DNA from: an uncultured Gemmatimonadaceae bacterium
GTDB lineage: Bacteria > Gemmatimonadota > Gemmatimonadetes > Gemmatimonadales > Gemmatimonadaceae
Direction: 5' to 3'
Assembly (NCBI GenBank): GCA_963817955.1
Contig: CAWFQK010000002.1
Coordinates: 288,001 to 352,000, forward strand
DNA length: 64,000 nucleotides
The translations under genes and the position numbers were made by a program. Of this stretch, positions 1-9,388 are shown one piece after another. Numbering within the stretch: the first letter of the stretch is position 1; each line of letters starts with the position of its first letter. Under the pieces are notes generated by a model, which was not told the DNA's origin, searched no databases, and saw only the letters and a list, made by a program, of their open reading frames with translations.

Positions 1-2
1 TG

Positions 3-1508
3 CACGATCGATGCGTCGCGCACCCCATCCTCAGAACGGAGCCGCGTCAGCAATTCGTCGTAGGCGCGACGACCCGCGTCGGGAGTCGGGAAGCGACGGC
101 TGACGTCGACCGTCGCGAACAGCACATGGTCGGCGACGAAGCCGGCGTCCATCGCACGCGCTGCGGCAAGGCTGCGCACGAAGAGACCCGCCGTCACGAG
201 CAGCACAGTCGTGATCGCGACCTGCACCGCGACGAGCCAGCGGCGATTGCGGATCTGCCCGATCGTGATCCCTGAGCCGGCACCAGAGTCCTTGAGCCCA
301 CTCACGAGATCGTAGCGCGTCGCGCTCAACGCCGGGCCCAAACTGAAGAGGAGGGTGGCGATGCCCGCGAACAGCGTGGCCGCGGGAATGATGCGCGCGT
401 CGGGTGTCACATCGACGAGCAGCCCCGACGGTGCCGAGGGGAGCAGCGCGAGCAGTCCGACCGTTGCGGCATTCGCAAGGAGGACGGCAGCCGCCGCGGC
501 AGCCGCCGTAAGCACAAGCGACTCGAGGACGAGCTGCCGGACGATCCGGGCCTGCGATGCGCCGAGCGCCGCCCGCACCGCAAGCTCGCGCCGGCGGGCC
601 GAGGCCCGCGACAGCAATAGATTCGCGAGATTGGTGCATGCGAGCAACAGCACCAGCCCAGTCACGACGAACATCAGCACTGCGACCACGGTGAGCGGCG
701 TGCGCGCACCGGGCGCGAGCGCGCTCGCCGGCGCGACGCGAATGCGGCGTTGTTGTGCGGTCCGTCCGGATCGTGGCGTGATGGCGTCGAGCCGCGTGGC
801 GATCAGGTTGAGCTCCTGCTCCGCCACGCCCGCTCCGTCAGGCGCCACGCGAGCCAGCGCCTGAATTCCGGTCGCCAGAACATCGTCGAGCCGAGGCGCC
901 GCGGGTTCGAGCTGTGGGCGCGATCGCAGCGGCACGAAGAGATCCATGGACAGTCCGAAGACCGGCTGAAACCGGGCGGCGACGACGCCGCCCACGGTCA
1001 TCGCGCGTCCGTTGACCGTGACCAGGCTTCCCACGGCGTGATCGACGGCGCCGAACAGCTCGAGCGCCAGCCGGGTGCTAATGACCGCCTGCGTCGCGTC
1101 ACCGATGCTCGAGACGTCGCGGCCCGCGACCGGCGCCACGCCGAGCAACGCGAAGTAATTGCTGTCGACGAATACGCCGGCGTGTAGCTCCGTGGCGGCT
1201 CCGCTGCCGACCGCGAAGTTCGAGATCGCATATCCTGCGAGGCCACGCAGCGAGTGCGCGGTGCGATACTGCGCCAGGTCGGGGTATGAGAGCGGACGAT
1301 AGTCGCTGCCAGTGGTCTCATAGATCTCGATGACGGTTGCCGGATCGCGTGCCGGCAACGGCCGCAACAACAGACCGTTGGCCAACGAGAACACCGTGAG
1401 GTTGGCCCCGATCCCGATGGCCAGCGAAAAAATGGCAACGAGGCTGAATCCCGGCGATTTCATCATCACCCGGATCGCGAGGCGCAAGTCGTCATAACAG
1501 CTACGCAT
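3..1508 (-). CDS. ABC transporter permease, ADOP/MacB-FtsX family; 3' end runs off the window start
   Basis: Not in the ORF track because no stop codon lies in the window. Manual translation from ATG 1508 gives MRSCYDDLRLAIRVMMKSPGFSLVAIFSLAIGIGANLTVFSLANGLLLRPLP..., the typical ADOP N-terminus. Later motifs LLLACTNLANLLL..RRRELAVRAALGA and QVAITTVLLVTAGLFVRS also match. Confidence 0.9.
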   Translation of the reverse strand, partial: MRSCYDDLRLAIRVMMKSPGFSLVAIFSLAIGIGANLTVFSLANGLLLRPLPARDPATVIEIYETTGSDYRPLSYPDLAQYRTAHSLRGLAGYAISNFAVGSGAATELHAGVFVDSNYFALLGVAPVAGRDVSSIGDATQAVISTRLALELFGAVDHAVGSLVTVNGRAMTVGGVVAARFQPVFGLSMDLFVPLRSRPQLEPAAPRLDDVLATGIQALARVAPDGAGVAEQELNLIATRLDAITPRSGRTAQQRRIRVAPASALAPGARTPLTVVAVLMFVVTGLVLLLACTNLANLLLSRASARRRELAVRAALGASQARIVRQLVLESLVLTAAAAAAAVLLANAATVGLLALLPSAPSGLLVDVTPDARIIPAATLFAGIATLLFSLGPALSATRYDLVSGLKDSGAGSGITIGQIRNRRWLVAVQVAITTVLLVTAGLFVRSLAAARAMDAGFVADHVLFATVDVSRRFPTPDAGRRAYDELLTRLRSEDGVRDASIV

Positions 1509-1521
1509 GATGTCCTGCCGG

Positions 1522-1782
1522 CTACGGGTTCGCGATGGCTCGGTTCCGGCGAGATGCCGCCGCGGACGAAACAGCCGACACACGCTTGGGCGCAGGCACT
1601 TCAGCCGCCATCATTTTCTCGAGCGTCTCGAGGGTCGGCGCTGCCCTGAGCATCTGACCCTGGACAACGATCGTCGGTGTGCCACTCACACCGATGCGCT
1701 GGCCACGCAGTACTTGCGAATGCGCGCGAAATGTATGAACGCTGTTCACACTCGTCAAGAGTGAAGAGCCGTACAGGGTCAT
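1522..1782 (-). pseudogene. Probable C-terminal remnant of a DsbA/thioredoxin-fold protein
   Basis: GQRIGVSGTPTIVVQGQML...LETLEKMM resembles the DsbA-family cis-Pro loop (GV.GTPT.VV.G). No CxxC-containing N-terminal part is present. Confidence 0.45.
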
Positions 1783-1874
1783 CAGAGTTTGTGGCAGGCC
1801 AGAGCGATTAGACGCCTCTCATAATCGGCGATCGACGTTCAAGCCGCCACCGTGGGCATAGAACGGCAGCTTGA

Positions 1875-2183
1875 ATCGTTCGCGGTGTCGAGCGCGCACG
1901 GACCTACATCACCGAGCGCCGCAAGCGCGCGTCCGCTGGCGAGATGCATGAATTGGCGGAATGGGACGAGATTCTCGCATCAATGTCGGTTCATCGGCTC
2001 CGGCGCTTTCTCGTTGACGAGGGTGAGCGCGCGACGCGACTGAGACAGTCGATTCCCTTTCTTGGCGTTCTGTCGGAGGCAGAGCGGCATCAGCGTACTC
2101 GCAGCGCGAGCCGCAACGTGCAGGCGTCGTCGAAGCGTCACTCGAAACCGTCGCGCGAACCGTCTCGACGAAATGGGCGCTGA
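1875..2183 (+). pseudogene. 5'-truncated remnant of a small helical protein (W..LL...ERA..LRQS.PF.GVL..ER motif)
   Basis: The frame reads IVRGVERARTYITERRKRASAGEMHELAEWDEILASMSVHRLRRFLVDEGERATRLRQSIPFLGVLSEAER directly after an in-frame TGA, then decays into low-information sequence. Confidence 0.4.
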
Positions 2184-2431
2184 CCGGCGCGTGCACTCGA
2201 CGCCCGGTGGTAGCGGCCGCATTATTCTGTTGCCGTGCGCCTCGGCAGTTGCGCAATGCACGGGATGACCGCATTCGGCCGATCTACGCGATCGTCGATG
2301 AGCGAAGCAATCTCTGCAGCTACCGCCGAGCCACGACATCATAAGGATTTGGATCAGGCCGCGCGGTGCACCCTACCGCTCGCGACGAGCGTGGAGCATG
2401 GATCGAGCGCGCTCGGTGGTAGACGTCGCAA

Positions 2432-4249
2432 TCAGAATCCGTACGGGCGAATGCTAGTTTTGAGTCTGAGCCGCACGCTTCCGGCTGGCGCATGCGCCCG
2501 CTCAGCGCTGTCGGCGACAGCGGCGAGCCCCGTAGCAACGCTGGCGGACAAGCCGCGCGCGACCGCGTCCTGTGCCTCGCGCTTCGCGTCGTCGTACCGG
2601 CCGAGGGCGATCAAGTCAGCGATCAACCCCGCTTTGGCGACAGGCTGATTCGGATCGCGGCGCAGACTTGCCTCGAACTGTAACAGCGCGAGCGAATCGT
2701 TCCCGTGATCTCGAAATTGATTGGCGAGATCGTTCCGGATCCATTCAGGATTGGGCGATTCATCAATCGCGCGTTGATACGCCTCGATCGCCTCCGGCGT
2801 GCGCCCGATCTGAAACAGCATGAAGCCAACGGCGTGCTGTGCCCGATAGCTCCGCGGAGCATCCTGTGCGGTGCGGAGCCAGAGGATTGCGTTATTCCGC
2901 CAATCAAACTCGCGCCGCACGCTCCGCCACGCCCACAGAACGACAATTACCAGCACCGCCAGCTCAGCATATCGCGGAACGTCATCCCGCGTCTTAGCGA
3001 GCTGCGTCACCGCTGCACCGCCGAGCGCAATCACAGCGATCAAGAATCCGACGCTTGGCAGAAAGAGCGTGCGCTCGGCGAGTACAATACCCGTTGGTAT
3101 GACCACGTTGCTCACGGGCGCGAGTGCAATGGCACACCACAACAAACCGAACGACACCGCGGGGAGCTTACGCCACGACAGCACGATCAGAGCAATAACC
3201 GCGATTACGATTCCTAGACCGACAAGCTCCGTAGACCCAAGGTGCGTTGACTTGACGATTTCGCCCGGCGAATAGTCAGCTTGCAGGTGCACGGGCCATA
3301 CGAACAATCGTAGCCAGCGCGGCACAACTTGCAGCATCGTCAGGGCACGCTCCCGAGCACTGGCACCCACCAGCGCCTCGGCGGTGAAGCTCCCCGCGAT
3401 TCCCTTATGAAGGACGAGCCGCCGAACGACTAGGATCGCCGCGGCCACGACTGCCAAGACCCCGAATCCCGCAAGGGGCGACTTGGAATCGGCGCGAGGC
3501 TGTGCGCGCCGCACGATGAGCAGTTCCGCGATCGCGAGCAGCGCGATTATAACGAAGCCTGTCTCTTTGATCAAACAGGCCGCTGCGTACATGAGCACGA
3601 GCGCGCCCCAGCGCCCCAGCGCCCCCCCCAGCGCCCCAGCGCCCCAGCGCCCCAGCGCCCCAGCGCCCAGCGCCCCAGCGCCCCAGCGCCCCAGCGCCCC
3701 AGCGCCCCAGCGCCCCAGCGCCCCAGCGGAATGTGGGCCGGGGTTGCGAGCTCGCAAGTAGACGAGCACTGAGCCGACCGCAAGAATGGTGACGAGCAAC
3801 TCGCTTTGATTGACTGCGAGTGCAAGCGCCTCCGTGTGGATCGGGGCCGCCGCGAACAGGAGGCCGACCGCCAGTGCCGGTCGCTCGTCCATGAATTGGC
3901 GCACCAGATGGACGACAGCGAAGCTCACCGCGATGTACAGTAGGATGCTGACCAGCCGGAAAACAACCGGCGTTCCTCCACCGAGCCCGTATTCCAACGC
4001 GAAGAGCGTCGTCGAGAAAGGCCGGTAAAGATCGGGAGAGAACGGCGGTGGCCAGTACGGCTTCGTGAAGTACAGCTTCCACATTCCGAGTGCATGCACG
4101 CGGTCATCGCCCACAATGAGTGGCAAGTCGTCGACCGCGTAATCGTTCACCAAGATATTCGCGGACGTGATCAGCGCGACGAGTGCGACGAGCCCGGCGT
4201 CCAGCCATTCCGCGCGTGGCAATCGCGCCTGAGTCCGATGAGAGGTCAT
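2432..4249 (-). CDS. TMTC-like (GT-C fold) membrane glycosyltransferase with C-terminal TPR repeats
   Basis: Motifs DDLPLI, YRPFS, PIHTEA, KETG, WPVHLQADYS and LAERTLFLPSVG, many TM segments and a TPR-like tail. Start chosen at ATG 4249. Confidence 0.85.
   Translation of the reverse strand: MTSHRTQARLPRAEWLDAGLVALVALITSANILVNDYAVDDLPLIVGDDRVHALGMWKLYFTKPYWPPPFSPDLYRPFSTTLFALEYGLGGGTPVVFRLVSILLYIAVSFAVVHLVRQFMDERPALAVGLLFAAAPIHTEALALAVNQSELLVTILAVGSVLVYLRARNPGPHSAGALGRWGAGALGRWGAGALGAGALGRWGAGALGGALGRWGALVLMYAAACLIKETGFVIIALLAIAELLIVRRAQPRADSKSPLAGFGVLAVVAAAILVVRRLVLHKGIAGSFTAEALVGASARERALTMLQVVPRWLRLFVWPVHLQADYSPGEIVKSTHLGSTELVGLGIVIAVIALIVLSWRKLPAVSFGLLWCAIALAPVSNVVIPTGIVLAERTLFLPSVGFLIAVIALGGAAVTQLAKTRDDVPRYAELAVLVIVVLWAWRSVRREFDWRNNAILWLRTAQDAPRSYRAQHAVGFMLFQIGRTPEAIEAYQRAIDESPNPEWIRNDLANQFRDHGNDSLALLQFEASLRRDPNQPVAKAGLIADLIALGRYDDAKREAQDAVARGLSASVATGLAAVADSAERAHAPAGSVRLRLKTSIRPYGF
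3603..3725. repeat. Octamer tandem repeat (GCGCCCCA)n, 15 units, inside the TMTC-like gene
   Basis: 13 perfect 8-mers plus one 12-nt and one 7-nt variant total 123 nt (41 codons). The tract encodes GALGRWGA-type repeats. Confidence 0.95.
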
Positions 4250-4548
4250 GAAGTGAATATGATGCGTCGACGCCCCTACGAACATCAACAGCGGCAATTG
4301 GCATCCTCACGCGGCGTCGACCCGGAGCATCCGATACGGTAATTCGCCCCCTGCGTGGGATAGGCACGAGGCGCCATCGCGGCACGCCTGCGCTGAACCT
4401 CTGACAAAGCAGTACTAACGACTGGCCCAAACAACGCGATCTCTCCGCGTTGGGCCGGATATGGGAATAGAAGAGTGCTCAGTCTGAGCTTCGCGGAAGA
4501 GCGAATGGCCCGCTGCCTCATCAGAACATGCGTGCAGGGTCGAGATCG

Positions 4549-5310
4549 CTATTTCGGAATCGTGAGGTCGAGCCACTTTCCAAACAGCGGGTCCTCGACA
4601 TAGTGCCGGAGATTCGCCCGGTCCCCTTCCCGGCGCGTCAGGCCACGGGCGTCGAGTACAGAGAGCGCCTTCTGCATGGTGGGGACGGGCATCGAGTAGC
4701 GTGCCACGACTTCGCTCGACTTCAAGCCTTGCCCGTGCTCGCGACGAACGGCGAGTAAGGCTCGCTGCTGCGCCGACGAGCGCTCGTTCCAAAGTTGCGT
4801 GTAGAGTGGATCGTTCCGCCGCGCCAGGACTTCGTGCATGCGCCGGACGAGTTCGGGCGTGAGTGATTTCGCGCCGCGTCCCGTCTTCTCGCTCACGGTT
4901 TCCCGACACGCCTCCCAACAGCCGTGAGCCAGGAGTTGCACGTTGTACGGCACGTCCTCCGCTTCGTCGAGGATCGCGGTGATCGCGCCGGCGTCGAGCT
5001 TGATATGACCGCGACTAAATGAGCGCACCAGAAACTCGGCGAAATCCGGGCGCGGAATCGGCCCGATGAATAGGGTTTCGCCAAGCCGATAGAAGGGTTG
5101 CTTCTCCTTCGTGGTCATGTCCGTGAGCAAGCGAGTGGCCGAACCCGCGAAGATGTAACCAATGTGGCGATGCGTTTGCACAGCGGCCCGGAACTCCTGT
5201 TGCGCCGTTTCGCTCGTGCTGACGACGCGCTGGAACTCATCAATGATGAGCGCCACGGGCTTGCCCGTGTGCGCGGCGGCCCGGTCAACGCCCTTGAGCA
5301 CGTCGGTCAG
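4549..5310 (-). pseudogene. 3' half of an IS-interrupted ATP-binding protein (P-loop ATPase with probable C-terminal winged helix)
   Basis: Walker B LIIDEFQ, then FAGS..LL, PFYRLG and Y.VEDPLF..WL. Joins in frame with 6596-7000 once the IS is removed. Confidence 0.85.
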
Positions 5311-5313
5311 TAA

Positions 5314-6595
5314 GGACCCGTCAAGTAATAAACTTTACACTAGGGCGTGAGGCCGAATCGCGTAGTTCCACTCTCCGTGGAAGGCGTGCGGGAACAGGTT
5401 CACCGTCGCGATCTCCGCGTCCGACACCTTATGCCCCACCGGATACCGATGCCGATCGAGGCGACAGGTCACCGTGAGCCCCTTGGCGGTCGTGGTCTTC
5501 GCAATCAGGCGCACGATGGTTTCGTAGTCCCGCAACGGCTCGCCGCGCCAGTTCGAGCTGATGAACGAGAACAAGCGATGCTCCACCTTGTTCCATTTGC
5601 TCGTGCCAGGTGGGAAATGGCACACCCGGAGCGTGAGGCCCGTCTCATCGGCCAACGCTTGCAGTTGCAGTTTCCATTGCCGCAGCCGGTAGCCGTTGCT
5701 GCCGCCCGCATCCGCCGTGATCAGCAGACTGCGCGCGGCGGGATAGAGGCGGCGGCCTTCCGCACGCCACCACCCGCGAACCGACGCCACCGCAAACGCG
5801 CCGGTGTCGTGGTCGGTCCCAACGTTCACGAATCCCCGGTTGCGGGCAAGGTCGTAGATGCCGTACGGGAAGGCGCGCGGCACCTCGGGGCTGGGAAAAT
5901 CATGCACGGCCACCCGCTCCGGGGTCTTCCCTTTCCGCCACTGCTGGCCCGCGTTCTGGTAGTTGCCGAGCAGTTCCTTCTTCTTGGTATCGACGGAAAT
6001 GACCGGTCGCTTCGCCCGCAGCGCGCAGCGCACGGCATCGTTGATGAACGCGAATTGCGCGTTGCGGTCGGGATGATCGGCCCCTTCCTCCGTCTTTCGA
6101 TTGGCTTGCAGACTGTAGTCCATGCTCCGCAACACCTGCGCAACCGTCTCATGACTGATCGGGTGCCCCTCCGCGGTCAATTCCGCCGCGAGCACGCGCG
6201 TGCTCTTGATGGTCCACCGCAGGGGGGATTCCGGATCGCCGCGCGTCAGCGGGTCCACCAGCGCCTCCAGTCGATCCGGCAGCTCCGGATCGTCTAGCTC
6301 GAGCATCGGGCGCCCGCCGCCCGCGCGGCGCACGCGCCCGGCCGGGAGGGGAGCCTCGTCCAGTTCGTGCAAGCCCTTCGTGATCGTGACGCGCGATAAC
6401 CCACAGGCGCGACTCACCGCGGAGATACCGCCCCGACCGAGGCGCCGCGCTTCGCTCGCGGCAAACAACCGCCGCGCCCGCTCATCCAAATGCGGCCACA
6501 ACTGGTTCACCCGCTGCTGCAATGCGCGCACGTCGGCCATGCGCACAAGATATCACTGTGCTCATTCCATGTAAATGTTATTGTCTGACGCCTCC
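5314..6595 (-). mobile_element. ISAzo13-family insertion sequence, 1282 bp
   Basis: Imperfect terminal IRs: left GGACCCGTCAAGTAATAAACTTTACA, right (reverse complement) GGAGGCGTCAGACAATAACATTTACA. Flanked by a duplicated TAA (5311-5313 and 6596-6598). Contains a single transposase ORF. Confidence 0.92.
5335..6546 (-). CDS. ISAzo13-family DDE transposase
   Basis: Motifs TRGDPESPLRWT.KS, SVDTKKKEL.GN, LITAD.GGSN, PPGTSKWNK.EHRLFS and FHGEWNY. Confidence 0.95.
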   Translation of the reverse strand: MRMADVRALQQRVNQLWPHLDERARRLFAASEARRLGRGGISAVSRACGLSRVTITKGLHELDEAPLPAGRVRRAGGGRPMLELDDPELPDRLEALVDPLTRGDPESPLRWTIKSTRVLAAELTAEGHPISHETVAQVLRSMDYSLQANRKTEEGADHPDRNAQFAFINDAVRCALRAKRPVISVDTKKKELLGNYQNAGQQWRKGKTPERVAVHDFPSPEVPRAFPYGIYDLARNRGFVNVGTDHDTGAFAVASVRGWWRAEGRRLYPAARSLLITADAGGSNGYRLRQWKLQLQALADETGLTLRVCHFPPGTSKWNKVEHRLFSFISSNWRGEPLRDYETIVRLIAKTTTAKGLTVTCRLDRHRYPVGHKVSDAEIATVNLFPHAFHGEWNYAIRPHALV

Positions 6596-7000
6596 TAACG
6601 GAATGCCTCCGCTCCGCCCCGCCTTGCCGGTGAGCCGCACGGCGATCGAGCCATCGCTCTCTGCGCGCACCTCGGGGCGTACGCTCGCGAAGAAGGTGAG
6701 TGCGGCCTGCCTGGTCTTCTCGAATGTCGTGGCCACCCGCTTTGCCGTATCCGTGAGGATGCGCTCGGCAAGGTGCTCGATCGTCGGGAACGCTTCGGCG
6801 TCATACCGCAGCACGATCGCGCCCTTTCCGGCACGCTCTTCGGCTGATGCGAGGAGACTCGACTTCCCGAGCCGGCGACGCCCAATCACCCACAACACGG
6901 AGCCATTGCGAATGGCCGCGAGCACCGTTCGCAGCTCATCGGTGCGATCCACCAACTCATCTGCACCAAGTTCGCGTCCGAACTCAAACGGGTTCTTCAT
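6596..7000 (-). pseudogene. 5' half of the IS-interrupted ATP-binding protein
   Basis: MKNPFEFG....LVDR..EL and Walker A GRRRLGKSSL. The ORF runs into the IS right end. Confidence 0.85.
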
Positions 7001-7193
7001 AACATGGCGGCCAAAGTGGCAGTGAATACTGGACTATGCCAAAAGGAATAATGCCGAACGGTGTAATTCTACATGTCCCTGTGGCGGCGGCAAGCCCTTC
7101 AGCGAGATCCGGGTAGCGCGGCGGGGGGAAGAAGCCCACATCGTCGTGTCGCGCCGCGATTACCACGATGAACTCTTTCAGAAGCAGGACTCG

Positions 7194-7757
7194 CTAGGAC
7201 TGAGGATACTCCACCCTGGTTGTGACGCTCGCCGGCTCGCCCGTTCCACTTTTCTCACGCGTCGTCACCTCGATCCGCAGCGGCGTGCCTTTGAGAAGCG
7301 AGATGGCGTTCCGCCCGGTCGCGTGAAGTTCCTGGCGCGCGTGTCCCCCGACCAGCGCGACAGCTCCGCGATGTCCACGTCCGGCGCGATCCACGCGTCG
7401 GCTGTGAACCCGATGTTGCGACGGCAGGTCCGCGCGCCCTGTAGCTCGAGCACGACCGTTCCATGCACCCGTGCGTGCCGCGTTGCATGTCCGAGTATCG
7501 ACGGCCGGCGCCCAGATCGTCTACCGTTTGTGTCTCGGCGTGCGGCAGCACCATTCCGGCGGTGGCGCGCGGTCCGGGTCCCGCGTCGCTACTCGTCACG
7601 ATCGCGCTCTGCTGCGCTGGCACGACGATGGTCATCGTCGAATCGGCGGCACCTGCGCTGACACGCGCGGCGACAGGTGGGGCGATACGCACGGCAATGC
7701 GCACAACAGTACGCACGCGACCGCGATCATCCTTGCTCTCGTCCATTGCCGGTTCAT
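7194..7757 (-). pseudogene. Frameshifted secreted protein (DUF4412-like remnant)
   Basis: ATG 7757 overlaps the upstream stop and gives a signal peptide (MNRQWTRARMIAVACVLLCALP...). Plausible coding segments then continue in different frames: ..TVDDLGAG / ILGHATRHARVHG...ADAWIAPD / ..KGTPLRIEVTT... Confidence 0.5.
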
Positions 7758-8377
7758 GGCACCATCCTCAGCGTCGCACGGCGCGCTTCGCGATTGAGGC
7801 GCGCCCGGTGCGCCAGTATCGCATCAGGCATGACATGGAGCGGCTCCTCTCGCAGGGCCACGGCAATCGTTGCGGTCATGATCACAGTGGCAGCGAGTAC
7901 GAGCACGCCGCCGTGTGCCAGGGGAACCGCGGCCACGGCGAGCGTCTGGCCAACGAGCCAGCCTGTTGCGCCATACACCAGGTCGCGGCGGTACCCCTCG
8001 ACGCCCGGCCCGCGCAAGCCCAGCCTGTATGCGGTAAGCGCCGCCGCGACGTAGAGAATTCCCGTCCAGCTCTGCCCGCTCGACCCGGGCGTGAACTGCA
8101 ACAGGACCGCGCCGAGCACCGCAACGAGCGGAAGGGAGCGACCAGGGATGATCCACCAGAACTTCACGAATCGAGCCGGTAGACGATCGTCGCGCCGCCG
8201 CTCAACGCCCAGCCGGTATATGCCGGTCACGCCGAGGATCACCGCCCAGGGATAGCTCACTATTCCGCCGGGGCGCACGATGGCCAACACGAGCCACGCC
8301 AGCAGAAGCATGCGGCCCAGTGTTGGACGAAAGGCCCAGCGGAGCGCACGCATCAGGTCACGCAGAATGTCACGCAT
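7754..8377 (-). CDS. Hypothetical integral membrane protein (about 6 TM)
   Basis: Alternating hydrophobic segments; overlaps both neighbouring ORFs. Confidence 0.65.
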   Translation of the reverse strand: MRDILRDLMRALRWAFRPTLGRMLLLAWLVLAIVRPGGIVSYPWAVILGVTGIYRLGVERRRDDRLPARFVKFWWIIPGRSLPLVAVLGAVLLQFTPGSSGQSWTGILYVAAALTAYRLGLRGPGVEGYRRDLVYGATGWLVGQTLAVAAVPLAHGGVLVLAATVIMTATIAVALREEPLHVMPDAILAHRARLNREARRATLRMVP

Positions 8378-8729
8378 AGTTCCTCCGTGGTGGTACTCCG
8401 AGATGCACCCGCAGCCGGTGGCTGCCGCCGAGTGCGAGATGCTCGAGCTTGCGAACAGCCTGCATGCGTTTGATCAACGCGCCGCGGACGTAGCTGTCGC
8501 TGCACGACTCCGCGAAATCGGTTCCCCATTCCCAGAGGAGCAGCCGTCCATGTTGCCTGAGGTCCTGGGCAAGTAACCGGTCGCCCTCGGCCAGAAAACG
8601 TGCCCACCGTTTGATGAACGGCGCATACCGTCTGATGAGCTGCGCCACGGCGCGCTCCGCCTCCGGGCCGAGCACCTCGTGCGGCCAGCGGCAGTTGCGC
8701 CAACGCTGTTCTCGTGTGCGTATGCGCAT
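8370..8729 (-). CDS. Small protein resembling sigma-70 region 2 only
   Basis: LIRRYAPFIKRWARFLAEGDRLLAQDLRQHGRLLLWE resembles ECF region 2 (L..RY....A......A.DL.QE....LW). No region 4 HTH is present. Confidence 0.55.
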   Translation of the reverse strand: MRIRTREQRWRNCRWPHEVLGPEAERAVAQLIRRYAPFIKRWARFLAEGDRLLAQDLRQHGRLLLWEWGTDFAESCSDSYVRGALIKRMQAVRKLEHLALGGSHRLRVHLGVPPRRNYA

Positions 8730-8732
8730 GGG

Positions 8733-9338
8733 TCACGCTGCCGCTTTCCAGACCATCCGCCCCATGCACACCTCGACGGCCGCGCGCGGTTCGCCAGCCA
8801 CGGCATGCGTGTCCAGATCCACCCATCGGACAAACCGGTCGCCGTCGTCCGGACAGAGCTGCCGTATGTTCCGATGAATGCCATGCTCGGCGAGGCGGCC
8901 GGACTCGTCGATGCTCGCTTCGATGGTCCGGCACTCGAAGCAGGGCTTCTCCTCTGCCGTGACGGTCGTGCCCTCCACGTGCACGACGATGCCCGTGTGG
9001 AGATAGCGGCGCCGCAACCTGGACCACTGGAGAAAGACGTCGCCGCGAATCGGCATGCCCACCCGTCCGATCCCGCGCTCGCTGGCAAAGCGCCACAGGT
9101 CGTCGCCGTCGGCGGTCGCGGGGAGCGGCCAGGCCGACCAGCCCGTCAGGTGATCGAAGTGCGACCAGTAGCCCACATGGTACACGAACGCCGCATGCCA
9201 CGGCGCGTCGATCGGTGCATGCACCTCGTGGAGCATGTACTCGATCAACTGTCCTCGGCCCGTCGGCCGCTCTTCATGGACGCCAATGAAGCCGTTGGCG
9301 CATGCCACGAACGCATCAGGAGACAGTGGACGAATCAT
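8733..9338 (-). CDS. CHAP-like amidase homologue with the catalytic Cys replaced by His
   Basis: IGVHEE...RGQLIE...PWHAAFV...GDVF...HTGIV...TIEAS, versus the canonical PWCAAFV...HTGIV...TIEGN. Confidence 0.7.
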   Translation of the reverse strand: MIRPLSPDAFVACANGFIGVHEERPTGRGQLIEYMLHEVHAPIDAPWHAAFVYHVGYWSHFDHLTGWSAWPLPATADGDDLWRFASERGIGRVGMPIRGDVFLQWSRLRRRYLHTGIVVHVEGTTVTAEEKPCFECRTIEASIDESGRLAEHGIHRNIRQLCPDDGDRFVRWVDLDTHAVAGEPRAAVEVCMGRMVWKAAA

Positions 9339-9388
9339 ATGTTAGACTATTGAGTAGATGAATGTTGGTATTGGTGGCCATCCCGTTG

